DNA from: Plasmodiophora brassicae
Taxonomy: Eukaryota
NCBI GenBank assembly: GCA_036867785.1
Contig: CP145410.1
Coordinates: 1,364,001 to 1,428,000, forward strand
DNA length: 64,000 bases
Direction: 5' to 3'
The notes beneath the pieces were generated by a model, which saw only the letters and a program-made list of their open reading frames with translations, made no database searches and was not told the origin of the DNA. This document shows, piece after piece, positions 24,101 through 34,096 of the stretch. The translations under genes were made by a program, and so were the position numbers. The stretch's first letter is position 1, and the number at the start of each line of letters is the position of its first letter.

Positions 24101-27100
24101 CCGCCGGGGCCGGCAGGTACAATGCAGGTCAGCTGGGTCTGGGCGGTCAGCGTCTGCACGTTCGTGCAATTCGTGCCGATGGCGTTGACGTAGGCGCTGG
24201 CCAGGCCCGTGCCGCCAAAGTTCGTCCCGGTGATGGTGACCTTGCTGCCACCGATCGTGTTCGCACCGGTCGTCGGGTCAGACGCCGAGGCGACCGGCGA
24301 GACCGACGTGATCGCTGGCGGGTCGTATGCGAACTGGATGCTGTTCGAGCTGGACTGCCCGTCGGCCGTCACGTTGATGGCGAGGTTCGCTGACGATCCT
24401 CGTGCCGGCAACGTGCACGCGAGCTGCGTCTGCGCCGCCGATGTGACGGTGCACGCCCGGCCGCCAATCGTAACCGTTAAGCCAGACACCCACGTGCCAA
24501 ACCCGGTCCCCGTGATCGTGACAGGCGTCCCACCTGCTCAGTAGTGTTAGGGAACCCGTATGCGCGCCCAGTGACGAACGCCTGGCACCTATCGTGGGCG
24601 CCGTCGTCACCGTGAAGTAGGAGACCGTCGGCGGGTTGTACGTCACGGCGAACGACGTCGATCGCCCGTCCATCGTGAAGACCGACACGGGGATGTTCAG
24701 GCCGCGTCCGGGTGGCGCGCTGCAGACGATGGACGAATGGCCCCAGGACGTGATCGAGCAGGTGCTGCGGACGCCCCGAGGCAGGAAGAACGTGACGTTG
24801 CCTGGGCTGGCGCCGAAACTCGCTCCTTGAATGCCGATCTGGGTGCCCGCGGGTCACGACACGTCCGTTTGTGGAACGACAGCGCTGATTACCGATGCGC
24901 CACCGGCCGTGTCCATGCTGCCGACGGTGGGGGGCCCCGACAGGGACGGCGGGTTGTAGGCGTAGTTGAGCGCATTGGCCGACGTCTGCCCCGCCACCGT
25001 CAGCTTCACGACGTTCGTCACGCCGTATCCGGCGGGCGTCTACAGCAGGGCAGTGAGTTGAGACCCGACACCTGACCTGCTACGGTCGTTTACCCGGCAG
25101 ATGATCTGCGTGTCGGTGTGCTCGATAATGGATTCCTGGACGACGCACGGGTTGCCGCCGACTGTTACAGTGGCCGACCCGGACACTGTCCCGATGTTCG
25201 TGCCGACCAGGACGAGGAAGACGCCGCCCGATGTCGGCCCTGGTGACGGGGCCTGGCCCGCCGTTAGCAACGGCGGCGAGTACGAGAACACGCCCGTCTT
25301 CTGGGAGCTGCCCAGGTTGGGCGTCGCCACCGTGACCGCCAGGTTGGCGCCCACGCCCGCCGGGATCGTGCAATTGATACGCGTGTGCGACCATGCCTGT
25401 ACAGAGCAGGCGTTCGTGCCGACGGTGACGGTGCCCTGCAGGGCGCCAAAGCTGTCGCCCGTGATGATCAGGTACCCGCCGCCGGCCGTCGGCGAGATCC
25501 TGGGCGACACCGATAGCAGGACCGGCTTGCTGTACGTGAAGGCGTACGTCGAACTGGAGCTCGACGCCGTTTGGTAAATAATGATCGAGCGCGGGCCGCT
25601 GCCTGGCGGCATGACGAAGTTCACCTGGCCGTCGGTCTGCGGGTACTGATCCGTGTCGATCAGCGTCTGGTAGACGCCGTCGACGGTGACCTGGGGCGAG
25701 CTGCCATAGTTCACACCTTGGAACGTGACGACCACGTTGCCGGACGAGTTGACGGCGGCCGGCGACCACGAGTAGATGACTGGCGGGTTGTAGCTATACG
25801 TGACCGACGACGAACTCAGCTGCCCGCTGACGAGAACCACGACGGCGATGCCCTGCCATCAGACGGGTGCTGTGAGCCGATTCCGAGTGGCGCGCGATGC
25901 AACGACAGACCTGGCCGACGCCGGACGGCACCGATACCGTCAGTGTCGTATGGTTCAGGACGACGATGTTGTTCGCCTGCGTATTGCCGAACCAGACGTT
26001 GACCGAGGCGGATGGGGTGCCGAAGTTGGCGCCGTAGATCGTGTTCGCCGAGCCGACCGTCGGCCCCGACGAGTACTTCAGGCGCGAGATGGTCGGCGGG
26101 TCGTAGTTGAACGTCGGCGCCGTCACGGATTGCCCGCCGACCGTGACGACCACGCTGACGCCCGTACCCTGTCCAGCGGGCAGTGTGCACACGATCTGGG
26201 TCTGGGCGACATCGCTGCTGACGATCGGGCACAGGCTAGTGCCGCCAAAGACGACGGTGCGGTTCTTGTTCCCCGGTGGGCCGAAATTCGCGCCCTGGAT
26301 CGTGACAGGGACGTTCCCTGCCGTCGGCTTCGACGTCGACGTCGTCACCAGACTAGCGGTCGGTGGCTGGTACGAGAACACGACGCTGCCCGAGAAATCG
26401 GACTGGTTATGCGCCGTGATGTAAACAGGGAGGTTCTTGCCAACGCCATAGGGCAACGTGCAGGTGACCTGCGTGTGCGTCTGCGTCCCGGAGACAGGAC
26501 AGGCGATCCTAGACCAGCAAGTCAGCAGATGTACGAGGGCAGGTGTGTAGGCAACCGTGTACCCGCCGACGGTGACGACCGGCGTCGAGCCCGTCGGACC
26601 GAAGCTCGTCCCTGTGATGGTCAGCGTTGTGGCAGGCGGGCCGGTCGGCGCCGACGCCGGCGACACGGACGTGATGGCAGGCGGCGCGTACAGCATTGAG
26701 AAGCTGGCGTTCTGCATGTAGGTGTTCCGGAAGAAGAAGACCCACTTGGAGGAGTCGCTCGCCGGGAAAGACGCCGTCGTTAGCTCGGGGATCGGGCAAA
26801 CCATCTGCGTGCCCGAGATGATTGAACAGGTGATCGGCACGTTGTACATCTTGAAGACGCAATCGCCGGCCGAATTGTCGAAGAACTGGGTACCCGTCAG
26901 TGTCAGCGACGTGGATCCGTCCGTCTGCGGGTAGGATGGCGTTTGTGACGACAACGTCGGGTCTGTGCACAATCACGTTAGCAAGGTCGAATGGTGATGA
27001 TGGTCGGTGCCCCGCTTGGCTTACGGTAGCAGGTGGATACGACATCGGAGCAGCAATCGTGGAACGTCGACCCGATGCACGGGTTGTCGCACCAGCAATA

Positions 27101-27310
27101 GTACTTTCCTGTCGGATCATAGGCATACGTACCACACCGGTTCGCGTGATAGTAATTGTTGCCTGAACAGTAGTTGCAGGGCGAAGGCCCGCCGTTGGGG
27201 CACACGTACGGTGTCGTCGTGTACCACGAGGGCAGAGACCCATGGACAAACTCGACTAAGGCGGCGACCCATAGGAAGGATCGTAGGAGCCGCACCGACC
27301 CTGGCGACAT
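15112..27310 (-). CDS. Giant (~3,800 aa) surface receptor-like protein: signal peptide, somatomedin-B-like domain, many IPT/TIG domains, many GCC2/GCC3 (ephrin-receptor-like) Cys-rich repeats and a C-terminal multi-TM domain
   Basis: Signal MSPGSVRLLRSFLWVAALVEFVHG. SMB-like CWCDNPC..HDCCSDVVSTC. Repeated P.I..VSP..G...TITG.NFG units (~21-27 kb). Repeated CxxCP.GtY....G...C units (~17-21 kb). About 9 hydrophobic helices with KILLGFFQI, FLFYPG and GFLYDAF..WWFD..HKL. ORF pieces are joined by short GT-AG introns. Confidence 0.85.
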
Positions 27311-27661
27311 CGATGCCAAGGCGACACGACAATAAGCGCCGCCAGCGGTTACAGGAAGGCTCCGCGCGTCTGTGCACGAGTCCTACCGCCCGGCAGTCCC
27401 TCTGCCAGGAAACCTTGCAGCGCGTCAGTGCTGTCGGAAAGGGTAACGAGTTCGACGGGTTGCACCTGCGGGAAGCCTGAGTGCAGCAAACCGTACATTG
27501 GCACGCCCTGCCACCAGTATGAGGCGAGACTAAATGCACAGCGGGTCTATTTCTGTCGACCGCGCCGTTCATGAGAGCGCGCGCGCGGTTCCGCAGGAGG
27601 CAGACCGCGGAGAGTCAACGTCGATTCGTTGTGAAGCGAACAGTCCCCAATGACCGGCAGG

Positions 27662-28375
27662 ATGCACCGACTCGCCTCAACGCTGACGCACATCATTGCC
27701 GTTGCTGCCGTCTCTCTTGCTGTGATAGGCGCTGCCATCCCTCAACCGTTCGATATTGGTGGCTTGTCTACGACTAGTGCCTCGACGTCGGTGATGACGA
27801 CGAACCAGTATCTGCTCGCACAAGGCACTACTGCCTCCAGGGGTCTCGTACCAGCATCGGAATTGACTGTGGCCGCACACCATGCGCAAGCTGATGGACT
27901 TCCAGCAGCAGGCGAAGAGCGTCGACCGCAACAAGACAGGCGGGTGACACTTCCCGGCATTCGGGAAACGTTTCCCGACCTGTTCCTGCCGAGGCCCAAT
28001 CTGGCCCTGCTAAGGCCTGTAGAACAACGTCAGATTGGCCCGCTATGGGTTTCTTGGGTCTTTCCAACGTTCTCCATGAATGCGTTTCTGCCATTATGCG
28101 AGGTTTCGTTCATCGAAGCCGTCGCACTAACGTATTCGTTCCTGTCCCAGGTCTTCACGTTGTGTCTCGAGGCCGTTGTTGACCATGAACCCGTGCCTGC
28201 ACATTTATATATGGAATCAGCCACGGTAATGACCATCATGTCATGGTGGCCGTCGTACACCCATGTATTGATGCAAGCTGGCATGGGTCGGACCATGGTC
28301 TTTCGTATTGCCGGATATCGTGCTGGCCAGCCTGGTCAAAGCGTCAGGCACGCTCCCCAGGATCGCCCTCTCTGA
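27662..28375 (+). CDS. Secreted protein, LPxIR family copy 1 (candidate effector)
   Basis: Intronless. Signal-like MHRLASTLTHIIAVAAVSLAVIGA. Motifs MTTNQYLLAQ, LPGIRETFPDLF, DHEPVP and MQAGMGRTMV are shared with two neighbours. Confidence 0.75.
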   Translation: MHRLASTLTHIIAVAAVSLAVIGAAIPQPFDIGGLSTTSASTSVMTTNQYLLAQGTTASRGLVPASELTVAAHHAQADGLPAAGEERRPQQDRRVTLPGIRETFPDLFLPRPNLALLRPVEQRQIGPLWVSWVFPTFSMNAFLPLCEVSFIEAVALTYSFLSQVFTLCLEAVVDHEPVPAHLYMESATVMTIMSWWPSYTHVLMQAGMGRTMVFRIAGYRAGQPGQSVRHAPQDRPL

Positions 28376-28954
28376 GCCAAGTCGTCCCCCAAGGGCTTCA
28401 GTATACTACGTTTGTTAAGCACGACCCATAAAACGCGTCGCAGCAATGCTCTACTGCACCGATCCGACGCGGATGGATACCTTGTGTTACGATCCAACCT
28501 CTCTCGTCACGGGATGAGGGTCTGCTCGCCCGATATGGGCCTGGGCGTCAGAGGGAGCCATTCGAACAGCGCGCAATGGAGGTTGCGGACCGCCGATCCC
28601 CACTAACCTTCCACAAGCAGCAACACGACGGCCCGTCTGATCAGCGTCGAAATCATCAGCAGTCTACTTATGTACGGTTGCCTGCTGGACATATCAGCAC
28701 ATGCCTCTCCTACAAACGAGCGACGTTTCGCATGGCTCATAACGATTTGGCAGCTGGCAACTGGAGGCGTCGGATCGGGGCCATCGGGTCGGGGTTCAGA
28801 ACCCACGAATCCTCCGTCGGTTCCCCGCCCCGAGTCGCAGCCACTGTATTTGACGAGCGGTGGGTGGATTCACTTTGCGTTTGATGGGGCATTCTTGCAC
28901 ACTGCCCAAACAGCGCATCGTTCCAGCCGGCGCTGTCGAACCGGGTCTACTCGG

Positions 28955-29554
28955 ATGTATGTCGTTACTATTGCTGCTATCGTTCTTGCTGGATACGTCG
29001 TTGCCGTGCGTCACCGACCTACGACTGGCTCGTCGACGATGACTCTGAACCAGCACTCGCATGCCCAACGCGCCACCGATGTCCCGATATTCACTCCAGG
29101 GCAGCAGCCGCAACCACCTGTTACGCATATCGCTGAGACACCAACAACAGCCTGGGAGTCTCTGCCACGTCAGCACCAAGACGATCTTCCCGGCATTCGT
29201 CAAGTGTTTCCCGATTTGTTTCCGCCGTCTCACCAGCCTCAGCTACTTCACCTTCATCCGTTGTCATCATGGGACGCACTGGCAGGATTATGCGACCCCG
29301 CGTTTCGTCCGAATTTCGTTGACACGTACATGATTGCGTCCCACTTCATGGAGATGATCCCCGAATTCGTCGTCGAACATGATCCGGTGCCCATGCACTC
29401 GTACGCGCAATCGGCCGTGTACCGCCAGTTGGAAACAACGTTTTCGGGCTCTCACTTCTTCATGCAAATTGGCATGGGCCGATCCCTGGTCGTTTATTGC
29501 TTGGTGTACCAGCAGCCAGACCTGCGTGGCGCCGACAGGCATCCTGTACCGTAG
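28955..29554 (+). CDS. Secreted protein, LPxIR family copy 2 (candidate effector)
   Basis: Intronless. Signal-like MYVVTIAAIVLAGYVVA. Motifs MTLNQHSHAQ, TPGQQ, LPGIRQVFPDLFPP, EHDPVP and MQIGMGRSLV. Confidence 0.75.
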   Translation: MYVVTIAAIVLAGYVVAVRHRPTTGSSTMTLNQHSHAQRATDVPIFTPGQQPQPPVTHIAETPTTAWESLPRQHQDDLPGIRQVFPDLFPPSHQPQLLHLHPLSSWDALAGLCDPAFRPNFVDTYMIASHFMEMIPEFVVEHDPVPMHSYAQSAVYRQLETTFSGSHFFMQIGMGRSLVVYCLVYQQPDLRGADRHPVP

Positions 29555-29641
29555 CCGATCACTAAACGTTCCAAGGAACCCGCTAGAACGCAATGCGAAT
29601 CGGCCTGCTTCGCGCCCGGCAAGCAGAACCTCGTCCATTGT

Positions 29642-29666
29642 GGGGGGGGGGGGGGGGGGGGGGGGG
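29642..29666. repeat. Poly-G homopolymer (25 G)
   Basis: Counted directly from the sequence. Confidence 0.95.
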
Positions 29667-30255
29667 CTGGTCACACTCAGCCGACTTTGCACCCGGTACT
29701 CATGGTCATGGCTGGCGGCAGTGCCTCCTCGGTCCTCTTGGTACGATTGTTGACTGTGGGGACAGGACACTGAACGCACTGGCGACCGCAGCACATATGT
29801 CGAAGACAATGGATCGTGCCGGATGTCGGACCTCTTTTCGAACGGTCGCTCGCTGATCAACGGCATGCACCCGATCGTGCGGACCCAGCGACGATTTCGC
29901 TCCGGCGACTGGTATGGCATTGTCATTGTCGCCGCCCGTGCTTAGAGCCAAACTGGACGACGACAACCTTTGACGGCGGGCCGTACTGCTGATCAACCCT
30001 CATCAGCCGATATGAATGCACAGCTCCTGCTTCAGTACGTTGGCACACGACACCGGGTCGGCCGAGCGCAGAGGCTTTCTGACTCCATGCCAGACTATTC
30101 GATGTATACGTGCAAGCAGGGCGCCCACCCGTGCTCCTCCCTCCGTCCTGCCAACTTCGCTCATCGAACAGATGGAGATTTGGGAGAGCCAAACTGTGTC
30201 CATACAGGCAGTGTCTGTGGCGTGGCGTGGATTGTGAACCAGAAACAATGATACT

Positions 30256-32142
30256 TTACCAATCTGCTACTGCAGCATTGTATTTCTGGATCATTTCTCG
30301 TCGCTTGTTCCGTTTCTCGACGTGCGTGTTGTAATGGGTGCGAACGGCTCTGCTGAGGTCGTCCGGGATGCCCTTGCTGTCTACGAACCAGTGGTCGCGG
30401 AGGACAATCCAGGACTCCGACTCGAAGGCGTGCACCCAGCAGATGTTCCCATTCGATTTCTTGCCGTGCTTGAGCTCGCGACCCAGATACGTATTGCAAG
30501 TGACCCACTCCGTCCCCCGGTTGTCGCGCACGAAGTACTCGACGTCGCCCCACATGGCAAGGGCACCCACGGTCGTAACAGAATTGAGACGTTGACGCAG
30601 GTCATCCGAGATCCGCCTGTAACATGTGCACCTCGCCGTCAGGTCATAGCTCGCCACACTGCCGTTCGTGTCGCCAAGCGCCACGATGCTGTTCGCCGAT
30701 ATGTACTCGCGGTCGATGTCGCCGCTGAACCAGCAATGCGCGCCGGTGCCATCCCGTTTCTTCCCGCTGCAGTACCACCGTTCGTTGTCCGACCCCATTG
30801 CAATGCAGGTCACCAGGCGCTCCTTGTTGTGGCAGTTGTAGATCTGGCGAACAAGTCGAGAATCGCTCGCCGCATTCCCACACGACACAACCTGGTACGG
30901 GTACCCATCCTCTCGTTGGCGCTCCGATACCACCACCCAGTCATCCTCATCGTCGCCAGCGGCCACCAAAATCGAGCGCCCGGGAGGTCCTTCGCAGAGC
31001 GGCTCAGGCGCCTTCATCCACAGTTGCATCGTTTCCGTTCCTTTTCGCGACGCGAACGCCCACCCTGACACTCCATTGTGATCGACGTGGTAAAAGGAGT
31101 CGCCGTGTTGGCCACGAACGCGAGCAGTGCTCCTGATGAACGTTCCAACAGGGATGGTGCCATCGCTGTCCTCCGTGACTCTCAGGGACGTGTGGTAATC
31201 CGGCCACTGTCGTAGGGTGATCCCGGCGGAATTAGTGATCTCGAGGACCCACGACGTCGTCGTTGTTTCAAGTGGGATGGCCTCGAGAACGGGTTCTTTG
31301 GCTCTGCTGACATCGAACACCCACGATGTGGTGCCCGACAACTGGACGAACGATACGCCTTCGGGAGTCTGAATCCTCGTGCCAGCGCTGATACAATGGC
31401 CTGCGTGTCGAACGTATCCAGTGCGATGTTCCTTGGCGTGCGAGGCGCATGATCTTAGATCCACTGCCGCCTTGACTTGGTACACGAACAGGCCTGTCTC
31501 AACAGCGAGTGTTTCCAGATCCACGTCCACGATGTACCTGGAGCGGTTATGCAGCCGAATGAACACGTTCTCGCCGTCGCCATACTCCCGGCGGTTGCCA
31601 AGAACAATGGACCCGAAGGGAATGCTTTCGGAATCTGGCTGGATCGATCGCGAATTGGGCTGCGAGAAGACGCGCATGCGCACGATCGTTCGGTACGCGA
31701 ATAGCCCATCCCGAGGCAGCGGTTCGCGTTCCACAGAAACAGCACGCGGCCTTGCATGCATATACTCGTCGATCGCCTGTTTCAGGGCATAATTCGGCAG
31801 TAGGGCTAGGGACGGCAGTGACAGATTCGTGACGGGACTGGTGAGTCGTCGCAGGCCATGCAACCAGTGCGTAATGGCGGTGCGCTCGTATGAATGCCCA
31901 TCTGCGGCAACGACCGGATCCCTCATCACCTCCTGCGTGATCGGGCACAGGAACGAGTCCAGCGTCCGCTGACCACTGCATGGCATGCGTCCAACCATCA
32001 CGGCCAAAGGCGCATGCGGCGGCGAATGTCCCAACAGAGAAAGTGCAGAGCGACAATCTGCACCGGCTGCAGGTGAAAAAAGTGCGTCGGTCGAGACTGC
32101 CGGAGGGCGGGAGGCCGTGCTTGTCATTGCAGCAGTCGCCAT
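30256..32142 (-). CDS. U-box E3 ubiquitin ligase with three SH3b-like repeats and an unknown C-terminal domain
   Basis: U-box FLCPITQEVMRDPVVAADGHSYERTAI..SPVTNLSL..LLPNYALKQAIDEY. Intronless. The true start may be the downstream MPCSGQ ATG (~31986). Confidence 0.85.
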   Translation of the reverse strand: MATAAMTSTASRPPAVSTDALFSPAAGADCRSALSLLGHSPPHAPLAVMVGRMPCSGQRTLDSFLCPITQEVMRDPVVAADGHSYERTAITHWLHGLRRLTSPVTNLSLPSLALLPNYALKQAIDEYMHARPRAVSVEREPLPRDGLFAYRTIVRMRVFSQPNSRSIQPDSESIPFGSIVLGNRREYGDGENVFIRLHNRSRYIVDVDLETLAVETGLFVYQVKAAVDLRSCASHAKEHRTGYVRHAGHCISAGTRIQTPEGVSFVQLSGTTSWVFDVSRAKEPVLEAIPLETTTTSWVLEITNSAGITLRQWPDYHTSLRVTEDSDGTIPVGTFIRSTARVRGQHGDSFYHVDHNGVSGWAFASRKGTETMQLWMKAPEPLCEGPPGRSILVAAGDDEDDWVVVSERQREDGYPYQVVSCGNAASDSRLVRQIYNCHNKERLVTCIAMGSDNERWYCSGKKRDGTGAHCWFSGDIDREYISANSIVALGDTNGSVASYDLTARCTCYRRISDDLRQRLNSVTTVGALAMWGDVEYFVRDNRGTEWVTCNTYLGRELKHGKKSNGNICWVHAFESESWIVLRDHWFVDSKGIPDDLSRAVRTHYNTHVEKRNKRREMIQKYNAAVADW

Positions 32143-32607
32143 TGCTGGAAAGTGGAACGGTCGTCACCGCCGCCCGTCACGTGTCCGCAACTCATGTCTC
32201 GCTGTCTGGGAATCAGTTACCGCGCATGCAGGAGATCGGCGCCTGGGCGTTAACATGGGACGTGGTCAGCGACGTCGTTCTCCAATTAGTGGTCCGTCCA
32301 CGCTTTTGTACAATACAATTGGAATGCCCATGGGCGCCCATGGCGGAGCTGCAGTCGGCGCAGTTACCCCGAGTCCCCGATTCGAGCGGATGATTGTCGT
32401 TTTTGGGGCTCTGCGGGCCTGCGGCACCTACACCCGATCCGAACCTGTGCGCTGAACCATCCTTGTCCGACAGGTGGGTGTGGGGCGTCAGGTTGGATTC
32501 CTTGACATCTGCTTGTGTTGGTTTGCCTTTGCAGCACCGGCGAATCGCCCAGGGAAACTATCCGTCGACGCTTGCTGCCTAACCGACAGTAATACGTAGC
32601 CGGTGCC

Positions 32608-33240
32608 ATGGTGAGGGTCACTGCCGCCATCGCTGCGTTCGTCATTGCAGGCCTCGCCGTTGCAGTTCGCCAACAGTCTCCGTCTGGCGTCTCGTCGGCG
32701 ATGTCCCAGAACGAATTTCAACCTGCCCAATTAGAGACCGTAACTGCTCCACGAATCACGCCAGGACAGCAAGTGCCACCACTTGCACAGTCATCGACGT
32801 CCGGAACCTTGCCGATATCAACCGACCAGCAACGCCAGGAACAGCAGGAAAACCAGAATGAGCTTCCTAGCATTCGTGACCTCCTTCCAGAGATGTTTCC
32901 ACCGATCAGGGGTGCCCAACCGCAACGGAACCAGGACTACTCGCTTCGCGTCTCTAGAGTTTTCCCAACGTCGTCGTTGAATGACGTACTTGAATACTGT
33001 GCCCCATCGTTCCGCCAGGATTTCACTGAGTTGTACACGTTCCTTTCCGAGGCCTTTATGCTCATACTCGAATACTTTGCCGAGCACGAACCAGTGCCAG
33101 CATGCAACTTTATGGGGTCGTCCCCGTTCAACCAGCTCTGGTCCTTGTTCCCATCGCAGCACGTCATCATTCAGGCCAGCGAGACCAGATCCTTGGTCTT
33201 CCTTCGTGCTGACTATAATGGTCTGCATCGCCCACTCTAA
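32608..33240 (+). CDS. Secreted protein, LPxIR family copy 3 (candidate effector)
   Basis: Intronless 210 aa. Signal-like MVRVTAAIAAFVIAGLAVA. Motifs MSQNEFQPAQ, TPGQQ, LPSIRDLLPEMFPP, VSRVFPT, EHEPVP and RSLVF. Confidence 0.8.
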   Translation: MVRVTAAIAAFVIAGLAVAVRQQSPSGVSSAMSQNEFQPAQLETVTAPRITPGQQVPPLAQSSTSGTLPISTDQQRQEQQENQNELPSIRDLLPEMFPPIRGAQPQRNQDYSLRVSRVFPTSSLNDVLEYCAPSFRQDFTELYTFLSEAFMLILEYFAEHEPVPACNFMGSSPFNQLWSLFPSQHVIIQASETRSLVFLRADYNGLHRPL

Positions 33241-34096
33241 GCAACAATTACAGTACACATATATTGTTGGACGTCGATCAGATTGGAACAATGTATAAGT
33301 TGTTGCGTCCTTCGGGACGTCGCCGGTCAGGCGCTATAATAATGGAGGAGCAGGTACAATACAGGCCTTTCGAACAGTCGTCGTCGTCAGATCGACTCCC
33401 ATCAGTACATCCTTTTCGAACTTTTGACGCCGCAAGGAATCGGTGGGACCCAAGGTCAAGAAGCCGTCACGACGCCTCTCCGACGACTGCTACTCTGCCG
33501 TGTCCACTGGCGGCCAAGCAACCACGAGTACAGCTGTTTTCCACAAGGCTTCGCGTCTGCTATTTCGTTGTTTCAGCGTCTGTTCTCCTCTTGTCTGCGA
33601 CGGGCCACAAGCACAGTGCGACGTCTATTTGGAAGTCATTCTCGTCTGACACTCCGAACAGCATACGTCCTCGGCACAGAAGGACCGCACGAATCGAGGC
33701 ATATGTGCCGGTTTACGCTGAGTGTATCACGCGTTCGAATATATGGCAATGAATGCCTCCTATGCTCTGGCAGTCTGATAGTGCAGGATTCTTTCTCTCG
33801 CTCTCTGGATAACTGGTGCAAATCGTTTCGTCCTGTCGATCGAGACAGAATCGCGTCAAACTGCAGTACAGCAGTCGCTGAATCTCGTCATCATTCAACG
33901 ATAACTTGTGTGATTACTCAAGTTTACTACGATTGCGGTTTCGAGAACCCACGAGAACGGGAGGCAAACGCAAGACGCCCCCGCTGGTACGTATAGGCCG
34001 TTGGGCGTTGGCCCGCCGCCGGTAGCAGCATATCGCGGACTCCGTGGCGGACTCCGTGACTCTCGGAGCGATTCCGCGAAAGGACTGGGAACAAGA

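Noticed and set aside
15011-24393. Very long alternative-frame and antisense ORFs (1201, 1003, 644, 630, 589 aa)
   Set aside because: R/A/G/P-rich shadows of a GC3-saturated gene, with no domain motifs.
33264-33996. Possible degenerate fourth LPxIR-family copy (EQSSSSDRLPSV)
   Set aside because: No signal peptide and no HEPVP domain; the similarity is too weak.
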